A stretch of DNA of 55,870 bases from Octopus bimaculoides (GCF_001194135.2 NC_068989.1:66018972-66074841); one strand, 5' to 3'; numbered from the stretch's first letter, positions 25,817 to 39,910 are shown. Notes: generated from the sequence alone by a model not told the origin. Translations and numbers: made by a program.

Positions 25817-26269
25817 TTAGATTATGGTAAATTTTAAATATTAAATAAACAAAATACGAAACGGTGTTTCGAGAGCGTCATTTTTAAAGGTTTCAGCACG
25901 TCACACCGAATCAGAAGGTCAATATAGATTTCTGAATGTTTTTTAAGAGATGCATCTACTTATAAGTGAGATATTGGAAATATTATAGATATTTGACTCT
26001 GTCCTGGTTTTCCTCTAGAATTTGTGTTGATCGAACACTAAACTTCTACATCCTTCTCTCCATTCCAACCTCTCTCTCTCTCTCTTTCCTTCATTGCCTA
26101 TCTTTCTCCCCCAATCTCTGTCTCTCTCTCTCTCTCTCACACTGTCTTTCTCTCTTACTGCTTTATGTCTCCCAACGTTCATAGAATAATATTTAATTAC
26201 TTAACTCCACTCTGTGTGTACTTTTCTTGTTTTCGTCTTCATAAACTGCGAAATTATATTCATTACCAG

Positions 26270-26580
26270 CATCATCATGAGCATCTTTGACTTCGTCGTC
26301 GTCGTAGTCGTCATCGTCTTCATCATGACGGTCGCCGTCATCGTCGCTCTCCTCCTCCTCCTCCTCCTCCTCTTCCTCCTCCTCCTCATCATCATTATTA
26401 TCATTAGATTTGGTGGATGAGGTTTAGTCGATATTATCGACGCCAGTATTAAGTCTACTCCCCCTCATCCTCCTCCTAATCATCATCATCCTCATGATCA
26501 TTATCATCATCACCTTCATCATCATCGTCATCATCATCCTCATCATCCTCATCATCCTCATCAGCAGCCGCAGCAGCATT
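26270..26580. repeat. compound (ATC)/(GTC)/(CTC)/(ATT) trinucleotide low-complexity tract
   Basis: Directly visible; source of the spurious poly-R/poly-L ORFs. Confidence 0.85.
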
Positions 26581-26891
26581 ACATTTGGTAGAGATGATGT
26601 TCAGTCGATATTATGAACGCGAGTATTAATCCTGTATTTTTTTTTTCTCGGATCTGAAAAGATGAAAATCTGTTTACCTCGGCAGGATTTCAACTTTGCA
26701 TAAACGCCTCTAAATCCTACATGAATATTTTACGTATCCTATTCAGATGAACGCACAAAGAATTGCAATGTTCTCCATCGTAATGAATAATCTGCCATTC
26801 TGCAAAGCGTGCGATAAACTGGTTTATAATTCCAGATATTATGATTACGCTATTGTGTAAATGACCGCATCCCTATAGAAAATAAACTTAA

Positions 26892-26995
26892 CCCTTTAAT
26901 GGCAGATATCATTAATTGATGTTCAAATATCCAATATGAATACGACCATTATCAATTGATGTAAGAGTGTCTTCTTTCTCAAATCCACCAAAGGG
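26892..26995. mobile_element. 104-bp piggyBac-like MITE candidate
   Basis: TTAA|CCCTTTAATGG...CCACCAAAGGG|TAA: 9 of 11 inverted terminal match starting CCC. TTAA on the left, degenerate TAA on the right. Confidence 0.45.
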
Positions 26996-27714
26996 TAAGT
27001 GGCCCATATCAACGGGGTAAAAATCGCAAAGGTTTCCTTTCTAAATCGCCTTTATCATTAGATGAGGTAGATGATGACTATGATAATGATCATAATCACG
27101 GTAGCCTAGATAGCACAGAGCAAGTGATGCTTCAACTAACTCTGGATGGAGAAAGCGCAACAATTTGTCTCTATTTTTACATTCATTTGACAATAACAAC
27201 GTGGAAATTTCAAATGAATTTATCCTTACGTTGGATACAACGGAAAGGGAATTTTTTACGGCAATTTTTCATGATAGTTTTTTTCACGTATTTGAAATGA
27301 AAATGTGTATAAAATCTACCCAAATGAAAAACGACATTTTACTTTTTGTGCCCGTTTAACATATACATTCATTCAAACATTTCCCTTCGTTTAACGATTG
27401 AAGGAGAAGCTATTGCTTGCTTGGGTTCCGGAGATAACTTCAGATTTCTGAAAATAATTGGTCAAAAAGTTGTCTGACCGTGGGACTCGGGATGTGTAAT
27501 GAAACATGCAGAGCAGTATAACACTGATTGCTTTTGTAAACTTCTCGAGCTTTCGGCATATTTTATAATAAAATTCATTCTAGGGACTCATGTAGAGGAA
27601 TCAATAGCAACATATAAAACTAATACATACATACATTCAATCATGCCTACAAGCATATGCATACATGCATATATACGTTTACATACATATGCATGTATAG
27701 GCATATATATGTAA

Positions 27715-27819
<105 letters not shown>

Positions 27820-28141
27820 NNNNNNNNNNNNNNNNNNNNNNNNNNNNNNNNNNNNNNNNNNNNNNNNNNNNNNNNNNNNNNNNNNNNNNNNNNNNNNNNN
27901 NNNNNNNNNNNNNNNNNNNNNNNNNNNNNNNNNNNNNNNNNNNNNNNNNNNNNNNNNNNNNNNNNNNNNNNNNNNNNNNNNNNNNNNNNNNNNNNNNNNN
28001 NNNNNNNNNNNNNNNNNNNNNNNNNNNNNNNNNNNNNNNNNNNNNNNNNNNNNNNNNNNNNNNNNNNNNNNNNNNNNNNNNNNNNNNNNNNNNNNNNNNN
28101 NNNNNNNNNNNNNNNNNNNNNNNNNNNNNNNNNNNNNNNNN

Positions 28142-28185
<44 letters not shown>

Positions 28186-29349
28186 AAAGATATATAGATA
28201 GATAGATATGTATATATTTATATATATATATATGCACATATATTCATGTATATGTATATGTATATAGAAATACATACACACATATGTACGTATGTATGTA
28301 TGTATGTGCCTAACAGTTTACATTTGTCTTTGTCGCTATACGCATAATAATAGGCTAATCAGTAATGTAGTTGAGATGAAAGCATAATAATTAGTACATT
28401 GAACTGCTAAAGCATATTAGCATATACAGTATACTATTGAACACACAATAATAACCGAAAACTATGTACTGTGTGTGCATCTATACCTTATATATATACA
28501 TGTGTGTGACCATATGTGTGTGCGCGCGCGTGTGTGTGCGTGTGTGTGTGCATGCGTGGATACAGGTATGTTATTTTACAACAACGAAAAGCAATTTTTC
28601 TTTTTTTGGATTTTTCTTTTTTAATGACCGTCAGAGTTTAATAAAGCACTGCATCACCCTTGCTTGGTTATGTAACAACGTGGAAATCGATAACTATACT
28701 TATAGCTACACGTCCTCGTGTGGACTGATCGAATACACTTTAATCTATACAGCAGTGTAATTATCATGCACCTTGTCTCCGAGAGAAAGTAAAACAGCCA
28801 GTATTTCTATCACTCTGAAACCCACAAATGTCTGTTTATTCAGTTTGTTTATACAGCAATCTGAACACTTACACAAGTGATTCCTGAAAGTATGGAATTA
28901 CATGCTTCATTGAAGTATCTTTAAAAAGAAAGCAACTCACATCTGGCACTATGGACATTCTACTGTACTGGAGAATATATAATATTAGTCATCAACAAAA
29001 TATTCATTTGCTTTCAACGCATATGTTAATATGATTCAGGTGTTTAGTATTGTCTTTGTTATATATATATATATATGTATATACCTATGTAAGAATATAT
29101 GTATGTATGTATAAAAGAAACTGATAAAAACGTATGTAAACAAGTATTTCTTAAGGAGGAAAAGACTTAACCAAGTGGATAACTTTAATTTTACACATGA
29201 AAGCGAAGCACGCAAATCGTACAGGAGTCTCTATCAATAGATTTCAATAGGTTGCTAACTTGGAAGATTTTATTTAGATGGGTTCCTCTGCTGGTGTTAT
29301 TACCAATGTTTTCGTGTTTCATTACATTTTTCATATGTGTATACATGTC

Positions 29350-29444
<95 letters not shown>

Positions 29445-29785
29445 ATATGTACATATATACATACACGCATGTATATGTATGTGTGTGTCTGTCTGTCTGT
29501 GAGTGTATGAGTGTGTGTGTATTTACATAGGTATTTGTTCATAAAGCTTCAATATTTTATCCAAGTATCAGGTCTTTCCTAACATACTTGATATGTTTGA
29601 TATTATACTTAATATTTTCTATGTTAATTTATAAGTATCTTTAACAAACCCCACCTACCATACGTAGTTTAACTTACTTTAATTATATTTATATACTGTA
29701 GTGCAGCGATATTTATTGAACAAAGTTGTACTTACATGGGCTCTTACTATGTATCTGCACTTTCCACTTACAAATGAGAAAGTTT

Positions 29786-29910
29786 GTGGCCTAGCGGTTA
29801 TTGTGATGGATCTAAGATCGTGGTGTCGATTACTCATGCTGGCTGTGCCGTTTATCCTTAAGCAAAGAACTTAATTTCACGTTGCTCAAGTGCATTCAAC
29901 GGAAAATGAA
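29786..29910 (+). mobile_element. degraded tRNA-SINE head fragment (third family)
   Basis: GTGGCCTAGCGGTTA (A box)...GGTGTCGATTACTC (B-box-like)...TCCTTAAGCAAAGAACTTAATTTCACGTTGCTC. Confidence 0.5.
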
Positions 29911-31127
29911 TTCGAGCCAACCACTCGTGAAACCTTCTTTCCCTCTAGCTGTCACATACACGAGGTTCTATGAATTTCCGACGATTCAAGAACGCAATGG
30001 TCATGGGGTCATTTATGTCCACTCGCGATTATACAGGCACCAAAAACAATTAGCGAAACCTCGGTACAAGCTACTAAGTGATACTCGCTTGCAAGTGACG
30101 ACTAAGTTTGTATCATGTCTTCAAATATATAATCTACAGCGTTTGCCCCACTCAATTTTCTATTTCCATATTATCTCCTTCCTTTCGCATATTTATTTCC
30201 TTATATACAATAAAATAAAACCACATAGTGCATGTTCTTGCATCATGAGATTAGTCTTCTATATTTCGCTATTCCCAAATCTATGAAACTATACCAGATT
30301 ACGTCTGATTCCCACGTTATTTTACATCTTTCACTTCAACTCTAAGGACAATTTCCGCAGTAGAGCTATTTCTACGTTCGAATGTACACGAACGTGTTAC
30401 TTGTAATTGTATGCAAGCATATTTCAATCAACGCGACATTGTGCGCATTTTATTAATTAAAGCCAACTTAATAAGTGTATGATAGCATGAGCAAATTCAA
30501 ATCGCAGATAGCAGTTTAAATATAAGAACAGTTTAAATATAGACTATGAATGACAGATACGGTGCCCGCTGCTAATGAAGCATAAGGACGCTGAAACACG
30601 TGTCTTATGGTCCGATAAATCTATTCCTAGCCCGATACCGTGTTTTTCAAACATATTGACATTAAAAAGGTACTGTCTCCAGAGATAGTACCGGTCGCGA
30701 ACGTTCGAGTGTACAGAAGCAAAAATATATTTGTACACAGCTATATTTCTATCAACGCTGCTCAGTTCGCGTCTAGTTAGGTAAACTATATCTCATAAAT
30801 GCGCTTTCATTTGTTACTGTCACAGTCTTTGACACGCTATCGATTGAACTTCTGAACTCTCAGCTTACTATCACCTCAGCCATGATATTTATACTTATAA
30901 TCAACGTCACAGCTTTCATTTCATTTCTATTTCACTAAGTACTTTGTGTTGGTGTACGTGCGTTTGAACATATGTGTGTGCGCGCGTGTTCGTGGAAGAG
31001 GGGGTAAGTGAATGTCTGTGACTATGTATATAGGTGATTGTGTGTATGTATATATGTAAAAATACTGGTGTGAGAGAGAATGAAAGATTGAAACAAATAT
31101 ATCACAATAATATAAACAATAAACATA

Positions 31128-31537
31128 GGCGTAGGAGTGGCTGTGTGGTAAGTAGCTTGCTTACCAACCACATGGTCCCGGGTTCAGTCCCACTACGTGG
31201 CATCTTGGGCAAATGTCTTCTACTATAGCCTCGGGCCGACCAATGCCTTGTGAGTGGATTTGGTAGACGGAAACTGAAAGAAGCCTGTCGTATATATGTA
31301 TATATATATGTATGTGTGTATGTGTTTGTATGTCTGTGTTTGTCCACCCAACATCGCTTGACAACCGATGCTGGTGTGTTTATGTCCCCGTAACCTAGCG
31401 GTTCGGCAAAAGAGTACCGATAGAATAAGTACTAGGCTTCCAAAGAATAAGTCCTGGGGTCGATTTGCTCGACTAAAGGCGGTGCTCCAGCATTGCCACA
31501 GTCAAAAGACTGAAACAAGTAAAAGAGTAAAAGAGTA
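31128..31537 (+). mobile_element. tRNA-derived SINE, family B, near full length
   Basis: GGCGTAGGAGTGGCTGTGTGGTAAG (A box), GGTTCAGTCCC (B box), GTGGCATCTTGGGCAAATGTCTTC core, internal (TA/TG)n, 3' tail GGCGGTGCTCCAGCATTGCCACAGTCAAAAGACTGAAACAAGTAAAAGAGTAAAAGAG. Confidence 0.85.
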
Positions 31538-31583
31538 ATAAAATTATTTTTACATATTTTCGTAATATTGTTCTATATAAATA

Positions 31584-32872
31584 CGAGGGGAAGTCAAAAT
31601 GTTTGCGCAATTTCGCCATAACATATCTTAATTATTGTCACACTGCTTTCAGCGCATGCGTGCCTTTGTTGGTAATATTGTTATCACGTGATCGAATTGT
31701 CAGCCTGATCGCGCCATTTTTCTTTCAGGCTTTACAGTGAAAGCATGGTCACTCCACTAGCAACGTGCCCCTGAGAGGAACAAAGAGCAGTCATCAGATT
31801 TCTCTGGTCGGAAGGTGTGTCAGGTGCTGAAATTCATCGGAGGCTTTTAGCACAATACAGGGACAGTGCACTACCGTGTAGAAGTACGTCTGAATGGATT
31901 GAGAAGTTTAAAATTGGCCGGACTAGCATGACTCACAAAGAGGGAGCAGGACACCCTTCAACGTCCACCACTGACGAGTATATTCAGCAAGCTTGCGAGA
32001 TGGTAACGGTGAACTGGCGAGTTATCATCGATGAAGTAGCTCGTTCTCTGCAGATTAATCATGGTTCTGCCTATCAAATCATACATTATGAGCTTGGCTT
32101 CCATAAAGCCTGTGCAAGATGGGCGCCAAGAGAGCTTACCGCAGAGCAGAAGAGGAAAGGTCTTGAGGTCTGCTTATTCGATCGCTGCAACAATGAGGGC
32201 GAGGATTTTTTGAGCAGAATAGTTACAGGAGATGAAACGTGGGTCCATTATTATAATAAGGCAGACTCCAAAAAAAAAAGTATGGAGTGGAAACGTCCTG
32301 GCTAACCAGCGACGAAGAAATTCAAGACTCAGTCTTCCGCAGGAAGGGTGATGTTAACCCTTTTTTGGACAAAAAAAGGCCTGTACTGGAAGACTAACTG
32401 GAAAAGTGGTGTACGATCAACAGTGTGCAAGATACAGTGCTTTGCTGGCCAACAAACTGAAGCCAGCAATTCGTACGAAACGCCGAAACCAATTGTCGAA
32501 GAAAGTTTTGTTGTTACAAGACAATGCACGCCTACACACACGTTGAAATCATTAACCAATTGGGTTTTGAGGTGCTGGAATACCCTGCCTACAGCCCAGA
32601 TCTCGCTTCTTCAGATTATATCTTTGGACCGACGAATTCTGGTTTACGAAGTCGTAGATTTCCTACGAATGAAGATGGGAAGGATGCGGTTCATAAATGG
32701 TTGCACGATTAACCGAAAACCTTCTACTCGGAGGGAATACGGAAGGTTGTAGACCGCTGGGCCAAATGCATCAAAAAGGAAGGAGACTATATAGAAAAAT
32801 GACGTACTTGTTTATCCCCTGTTTTTGTGTAAATACATTCAAGCAGCAAGTGTGCATATAATCTTTTACACT

Positions 32873-32876
<4 letters not shown>
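31584..32876 (+). mobile_element. mariner (DD34D) transposon, near full length, inactive
   Basis: TA|CGAGGGG..TCAAAA 5' terminus, a degenerate 3' terminus followed by (TA)n, and an internal transposase pseudogene. Confidence 0.9.
31745..32802 (+). pseudogene. mariner transposase pseudogene
   Basis: EQRAVIRFLWSEG...ARWAPREL (WVPR motif)...RIVTGDETWVHYY...YPAYSPDLASSDY...WAKCIKKEGDYIEK*; several stops and frameshifts. Confidence 0.9.
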
Positions 32877-32888
<12 letters not shown>

Positions 32889-32909
<21 letters not shown>

Positions 32910-32951
32910 GTAGTACCTCGGCTTTCGAACAACTCTGATCACGAATAAATC
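32889..32951 (+). mobile_element. pogo/Tigger-like terminal fragment
   Basis: TAGTAGTACCTCGGCTTTCGAACAACTCTGATCACGAATAAATCG resembles CAGTAGTACCTCG-type termini. Embedded in (TA)n; no partner end found. Confidence 0.4.
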
Positions 32952-32963
32952 GTGCTTGATATA

Positions 32964-33005
<42 letters not shown>

Positions 33006-33059
33006 TGCACGGGGTGTATGGAAAATAGAAATTACATTTTCTTTCCTTGATCGCAAATT

Positions 33060-33180
33060 GTCAGATTTATCTAAGAGAAGGAGGTCGATTAAATCGACTG
33101 CGCTATGTACGCTCGGTGTTTACATTATCGACACCAGATGCTTGAAACATAAAATTGATCCGATTGGAATTTGAACACAT
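33060..33180 (-). mobile_element. degraded family-A SINE
   Basis: Reverse complement of B box and core (GTCGATTAAATCGAC...TTATCGACACCAGA...GGAATTTGAAC). Confidence 0.55.
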
Positions 33181-34850
33181 GCACCGCGTGTAAATAAGGC
33201 AATATATATTAAATCTACCTGCTCCTCTGTTTCTACAGTTTCACTGCCTTAAACACGATGAAGTGAAAAATAAAAAATTTCAAAGTGAGACATAAATTAT
33301 TCGGTAAGCCTAAAATTACATCAAATTTACGTACAGATTTTTTTCTTTTCTTTTTACCCTTCTTCCAAATTATTTAAATTCATTCAACTAAAATGAATGG
33401 AAAACAGACTAATTTTATTGTTCAGATCCGCTAATATGTTTAAGATGAGATTACAGCCAGATGTATTTGTAATTGAATTATCTACAAAGGGTTACATTTA
33501 TTTTAGCATTCAATCTTTCTGGAACAATGATTCATTATTCGCATTGGATGAGGACACTGCTGAAAAAAGAAGATAACTGAATGTGTAGGTTTTTTTGGGA
33601 GATTTTATTTTATTTCTTTTCTACATCCCAGAGAAAGGGTCAATAAATTGTTACTGAAATGTAGCAGTTTATTGACTTAAACCTTGTGGCAGGAAATAAA
33701 TCATACGCTTTTCACGCCATTCTTTGGAATACGTTCTTTTCTACAATGCAAGCCTGGAATGATTTACTTTCCCTGTTGGTCAATAGATGCTCGGTGTTAT
33801 TTACATAAAAGGTATTGTTGAAAGTCGTATGACAGTCGTGTGTTTGGCCGATATCGGAGCAACTTAAACAAATCGATAATTAATTTAGCCAAGCGAGTTA
33901 AAAACGAAAGATGAAATTTCGAAAGAAACTGATTTTATTCAAAATACATTGAATAAATCTACTTATAATTGAATTTAGATAACAGATTTATTTATCCTCA
34001 CTTCTAATGGTAAATGTATTTAAATATATTTATTTAGAGGTATATTTGCGCATGTGCACCGTATTCTGTTATTTGATGTTCTGATTACAGTATTATCGAT
34101 CGGGTTACTATTGCTTTTACCTACTCTGAAATGAATCTAGTATTGATGAAACTTAAATATTTAAAGTCTTATTGCGTTGGAGATTCTTAGAAAGTAAAGA
34201 GAAAATATAAAATAACGAAGCAATAAACCTATATAATTAATGTTCTATTGATATATTGTGAACATCCAATACTAAGCAACGTTATTTGACACTCAGAAAT
34301 ATTCGTTACATGTTTCACTGAATATGGGAATTAAACAAAAGAAGAAAAAAACTGAAGCTACTAAATAGAAAGGCGTTGACCAATTAATCAATGCTTCTGT
34401 ACATGGTGATGTTGTGTCACGCTAGGTTAAACAGAAATTAAAACTACAAATTGAGTGATTATTTTTTTTAACCTAAGACGAAATTGAAGAAGATTCAAAC
34501 TGGATTAATGGTAAACTTAGTAAACTAGAAGATAACAAAATGTTGTCTACATGTAGAACTAAAAAAAAAAGCTGATTTATTTTCGGCTTATTGACCTTAA
34601 GCTTGAAAATGTTGAAAATATTAGGACAAAGAAAGATATGACACGACCTATAACCATGAGCTATAGTGTAGCGTGCATACACAAACAAACACAAACACGC
34701 GCACAGAAATACTCACGCATACAATGTGCAAGTGCACACATCATACACAGTACACACACCGCACGGAGGTCTATACATATTGACTATCTGTTAGGATTTC
34801 ATCGACAATTCATGCTGTCATACGGTGCGCTGTGTTCGTACAATTAAAGT

Positions 34851-35153
34851 TTAAAGCTGAAATCTACATAAGCCATCGGTGATTAGATTTATAATACTAC
34901 TGCATATCGTTCTCATGTTTGCAGTAAGCATATAATTCAAAGTGTATTTTGCATTATATTTAATGGTAGGGGCTTGTAGAAAATACTTGTGTCCACGGTC
35001 TAAACGGACCCCCGCGGGCAGTAAAACTGTCGCAGTTACACCACTTGAAAAGTCACAGACTGGCGGCTGACACATGTAAAACATGTCTTTTTTAAACAAT
35101 TCACTCGTTGAAAGCAGAACTGCGAGAATCCAAACAATAATGTAACTATTCAT
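34851..35153 (-). CDS. candidate 100-aa ORF with signal-peptide-like N-terminus, unknown product
   Basis: MNSYIIVWILAVLLSTSE...CQPPVCDF... in repeat-free DNA. No homology recognised; the length is compatible with chance. Confidence 0.15.
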   Translation of the reverse strand: MNSYIIVWILAVLLSTSELFKKDMFYMCQPPVCDFSSGVTATVLLPAGVRLDRGHKYFLQAPTIKYNAKYTLNYMLTANMRTICSSIINLITDGLCRFQL

Positions 35154-36513
35154 TCTTAATATGTTCTGGCAGATTCGAATGTAAATTGTTGCTCCACATA
35201 CATTTAGGCGATGTGTGTTCGTAATATTGTTGTAAGTGGACGTTAGGACACCGTAATATTTCTGCATAATCGAGTATCTTCTCACAGAAAACTTGGGTGA
35301 TGTCTCAAAGTCTAGTTACATTAGTGAATTGTGTGTGTGTAAGCAAAGCAGATTATCTGAAGGGAGGAGGAGATCTTCGATGACGAGAAACAAAATTGAT
35401 CAGATATTCACGACCAAATTTAACGGAACATATTCAGAATATGTGCAAACGATATTCTCTGCGTATCTTATTTTAGTTCTCAAATAAATGTTATTGTCTT
35501 CAATAACATACGTTCTAGTTTTCAGAAACACGATTATCAGGCATTATTTATTACAAACAAGGTTCCTATATATCGTCTTGTAAAATGTAAATCTTAAAAT
35601 TAACATACTCGTACACTGATTTCTTACTTTCGAGAAATAAAAATATTAAAATATTAAAAAAAAACACTACAAATAATTATGAAAGGCTCTCATTTCAATG
35701 ATGCCAATTCATAAAATGATTTACAGGGACTTGAACTGTAACATAAAATTGCTATTCAATGGACAATAATATTAAACTAGTTATTCGGAAATGTCAACCA
35801 GATACACAAGGATGTGCGAAACCTTTGACTTTAAAACCTGGAGCTAGTAGTTATATTAAATGCACCGCAAGCACTAAAATTGTATGTAGTGCTCAAGTGA
35901 AATGATTGGTAGCAAATATCTAATGCGGCTTTTAAAAGGATTACATTACACGAAGAATGGAATTACAATCCGAATCAGGAATTACATAGATTTCGAATAA
36001 ATTGTGCTGAGAGTAAATTTGTAATACGGTAATTTTCATGGTGTTTGCTAAGTAAATGTCTTAGAGAAGGCTTTTGTGTTAATCAGATCAAAGCAAACTG
36101 TCCGAAATTATATAGTCCAGTCAACTTATTTAGTGGTATTAAATGGATTCTTACATGAATGCAGATTAACGATTTTAAAAACTCGATTCAAATGACAAGA
36201 ACGCAAATTTCATTGAAATAAATAAATAAATAAATTGTTAAACGTGATTGCCACTTGTATGTACGTGTGTGTGTGTGTGTGTGTGTCTGCGCGCGCGCAT
36301 TTGTTTGTATGTATATGTAGATACACATACATATGTGTATTATGTTATAAACACTTATACTGTATGCATGTGTGAAGATAAATATATACATATTTGTGTG
36401 TAATTATCTATCTATCGATCTATCTAGCTAGCTGTCTCTCTCTCCCTCTCTCCTTCTCTCTCCCTCTCTACCTCTCTCTCCCTCTCTACTTCTCTCTCCC
36501 TCTCTCGCTCTCT

Positions 36514-36597
<84 letters not shown>

Positions 36598-36758
36598 GTA
36601 ATAGATTAGTAAAATTGTTAAGAGATTTTGATAATTAATACTATCAATTTAATGTTGAAATGCACGTTACACACACACACATACACGCATACACACACGC
36701 ACACACATGCACACACACACTCACATGCACACATACGTGTACAGACACACACACACAC

Positions 36759-36820
<62 letters not shown>

Positions 36821-36913
36821 CTTGTCTACAATAAAGTAAGCATTTATATAATATATAAATGAATATTTGAGTAAACATACATGCACATATACGTATTATA
36901 TATATGTACAACA

Positions 36914-37744
36914 CAGGGTATACGGGCTAAATTTGTTCGGATAAAATAAAATTTCTTTGAAACATCAAAAAAATATCGAGTAGATAATTGGGTGATATAA
37001 TGCTTTGCACAAAGTAGCCGTCCTCAGCTTCCACCACGTTCTGATGATGGCTCCGTAACCTGACGCATGCGCTAATCACTTGACCCTGAGAAGAACTATG
37101 ATTTTCATGACAAGAAAGGTCTTAGTGTTGCAGACAGAGCGGTCGGTATCTTTCTCTGCCGCGCCCTACACATACGAATCCATGGGATTAGGACGCCAGA
37201 AATTGGGACTAGTGAAATCTTACAATTTCTCTGACAACCTCTTCTGACTCTTTCTGGGAGTAAGGCAAGAAGCGGGCTCCTGCGCTCCATATGACCTTCC
37301 AACAGGAATCCCCGCCAGCCCGGATTTGCCAGTCTCCAGCTACTACATCTAGCCGTCTGAACTGAACTTCAGGTCCTGTTCATTAGTTGTAGAATAAATT
37401 CCAGCGTGCAAATCCAGTCAGAACTCTTTCTGTGTCACTTCATGCTGGCCGCAGCTCCGTGTTGTCCGTTGCAGTTGTCCATATCAAGAATTACAATGTT
37501 TACGATGCTCACAGAGATTTTCACAAGAGTCATGACGTCAGCATTTTGACAACCAGCTAGCATCATCATGATGCAGGTAACTCTTTCCCAATATTCAGAT
37601 AGCTTCCAGTCCTCCGTGTCAGCTAACTTTTTCTCAACTACAATATTTATCTCTATGCTCTCCAACGCTGCTGACCAATACATCAAGCACTTTTTGAAAA
37701 GAAAAAAAAGACAAATAATCGTCAAATTTAGTCTGAACACCCTG
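36914..37744 (-). mobile_element. internally deleted maT (DD37D)-like Tc1/mariner element with both TIRs
   Basis: 22-bp TIRs CAGGGTATACGGGCTAAATTTG versus CAGGGTGTTCAGACTAAATTTG (4 mismatches), TA on the right. Minus-strand relic RKSQKRLSEKL*DFTSPNFWRPNPMDSYV*GAAEKDTDRSVCNTK...VVEAEDGYF. Confidence 0.8.
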
Positions 37745-37844
37745 TATATGTAGCGTCTACATACGTATAGAAGGCAACATATGCAGAGAAACATACAAAA
37801 GCAGATATATAAAAAGCTAAACGACATACATGCCAACATATACA

Positions 37845-37888
<44 letters not shown>

Positions 37889-39796
37889 NNNNNNNNNNTA
37901 TATATATATATATATATATAAATACACATGTGTATGTGTATGTATGTATCTCTGTGTGCATTTTTTATTCCTTAAAGGTGTGTCAACAAGGGAGGCTTGA
38001 GACTAAATGCACAAAATTCATTTAAAGTTATTTCGAAGTGAATGTTCTTAAATTATTCGAAGCTTTGATTTAAATGTATTTTCCTTCTATTAATTAATTG
38101 ATATTATTTGTTGTACAAGTACACGTTTATTTAACTTTCTCTTTTTCTTTTTTTTTTATTTTTGGTTGGGAATTATCTTGCCTTTCTTTGGTTCTGCTCT
38201 TCCCTTTGTGTCTGTCGTTTCTTCCTCAACTATTGACATTTATACCAAACATTTTCTGTGTCCTACATTTAGTATTTTGATTAAAGCTGAGATTATTGAC
38301 AGTAAAAACCTGTTTCTGAGACAATATACCCATTCATCAGCTAGTCAAATATGCCCCAATTGTTATACTCATATTCCGTGTACCGAGGGATGCAGAACAA
38401 TAGCAACGTATAAGTACCGGCTGGAAAGATTGTGGTTCTTGTTCGATTCACTTAATCTATTTGCACGAATGTTTTATATAAAAGAATTATAAACATTTCT
38501 CTTATGCTCTTTCAGAGCATAAAGTATTTTCTCATACATAAATAAATGGCCGGAAGATCGGAAAGAATAACCAGACATGCCTGCTGTATATATAAAAAAA
38601 AAAGCAGTAAATTGAAAATTAAAATAATTAATGAAGTATGTAAGACATAATTACTTAATTAAAATTACCTCAGTAATGAAGAAAAATAATCATTGACTAA
38701 ATAATTTAATCTGGTCGAAAGATCTAGAGAAATACAATATAACCCCCGGAATACTTAATACATTTGTAAGAGATGTATATTCACAGCATATACCATTGTA
38801 CTCTAACAACTTTTGTGTCCTAATCAGTTTTTCTTACTACTCGCAATAAGATTTTTTTATAAAATTTCTATTTTTCCTTTCAAGTTTAAATATCAGTTGA
38901 AACACTTAAAGCCATTTTAGTAATTTTCTCTAAATCCCTTCAATTCTAATGTACTTCGTAGGTTACTCTTTCTGAATTCAATTGTGCTCTGAGAGAAACA
39001 ATATTGAGGAGGCTCGAAGAGGGAAAGGGCTAAGTATCAGCAGTTAAGGACTACAGCAAGCATGAGTGGAGTACCAGGTCTTCTCCGGTGGAGTTTGGCA
39101 ATTAAGGATTTTCAGATCGTATTCTGAGTAAACCCTTAACCTGAGAATTTCAGGAATTCACAGACGAAGAACCATCGAGAACAACGTAGAGGCTTCAGAG
39201 AAAACGTCCGGATGGTTCTTGTCTAGGTTTGGATGAGACTGTATGTTGTAAGCACTGAAGGACCCAGTGAATTTACGATACTACGCAGTAGATGCATCCA
39301 AGTAATGCATCTATAGTTGTGTGCTGAACTGGCTTAGAAAATATATTTTCCCATTGGGAAGTATAACAAAAATTAGCTGCAAATGTAGAATATCAACATG
39401 ATTAATTTATCTGAAATGACCATACATGTTTTATGCATTTGAAACATCTTAGGCATAAAAACATACAACAGTACGTTGGCTAATCCTTTATTCTGCGACC
39501 GATGACATTAATTTAGCTATATAATACTTTGTTATTTTTGGTTGGCTCGTTTTTAATTATACATCTAATGAATTTGTCTCCAGCGTCACTTTTAGAACAA
39601 AACGTACTAATCAAGGTTTAATGTCTTATATTTGAATATGTTCCAGCAGCGTTTGTTGTATTTGGACATTGTTCAAAACAGGACAGACGTTAGGATTGTA
39701 GTTGTAAGTAAGTTTTAAGTCTCAATAAGAAAGCTAGTGTTCAGAACCAATAAGCAAGCTGGCACCAGTACTTTAGTAACAAAAATAGATATACAT

Positions 39797-39910
39797 GTGC
39801 GGCAGATGTAAATTTGTGGTATAAAGTTTGTTTCCGAACCACATGGTTCCGGGATCAGTCTTATTGTATGACATTTTCAGCAAGTCTTTTCATCTATAGC
39901 CTCCGGCCGA
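39797..39910 (+). mobile_element. degraded family-B SINE head
   Basis: AACCACATGGTTCCGGGATCAGTC...CAGCAAGTCTTTTCATCTATAGCCTCCGGCCGAC aligns to 31165-31240. Confidence 0.65.

Noticed and set aside
29589-29603. 15-nt match to the 5' end of miR-190 (TGATATGTTTGATAT)
   Set aside because: The match stops before the conserved 3' part and no canonical pre-miRNA hairpin with a star arm forms; AT-rich chance match.
39030-39290. GC-richer block with a faint gypsy RNase H-like phrase (LRVYSEYDLKI) on the minus strand
   Set aside because: Similarity too weak and no flanking motifs.
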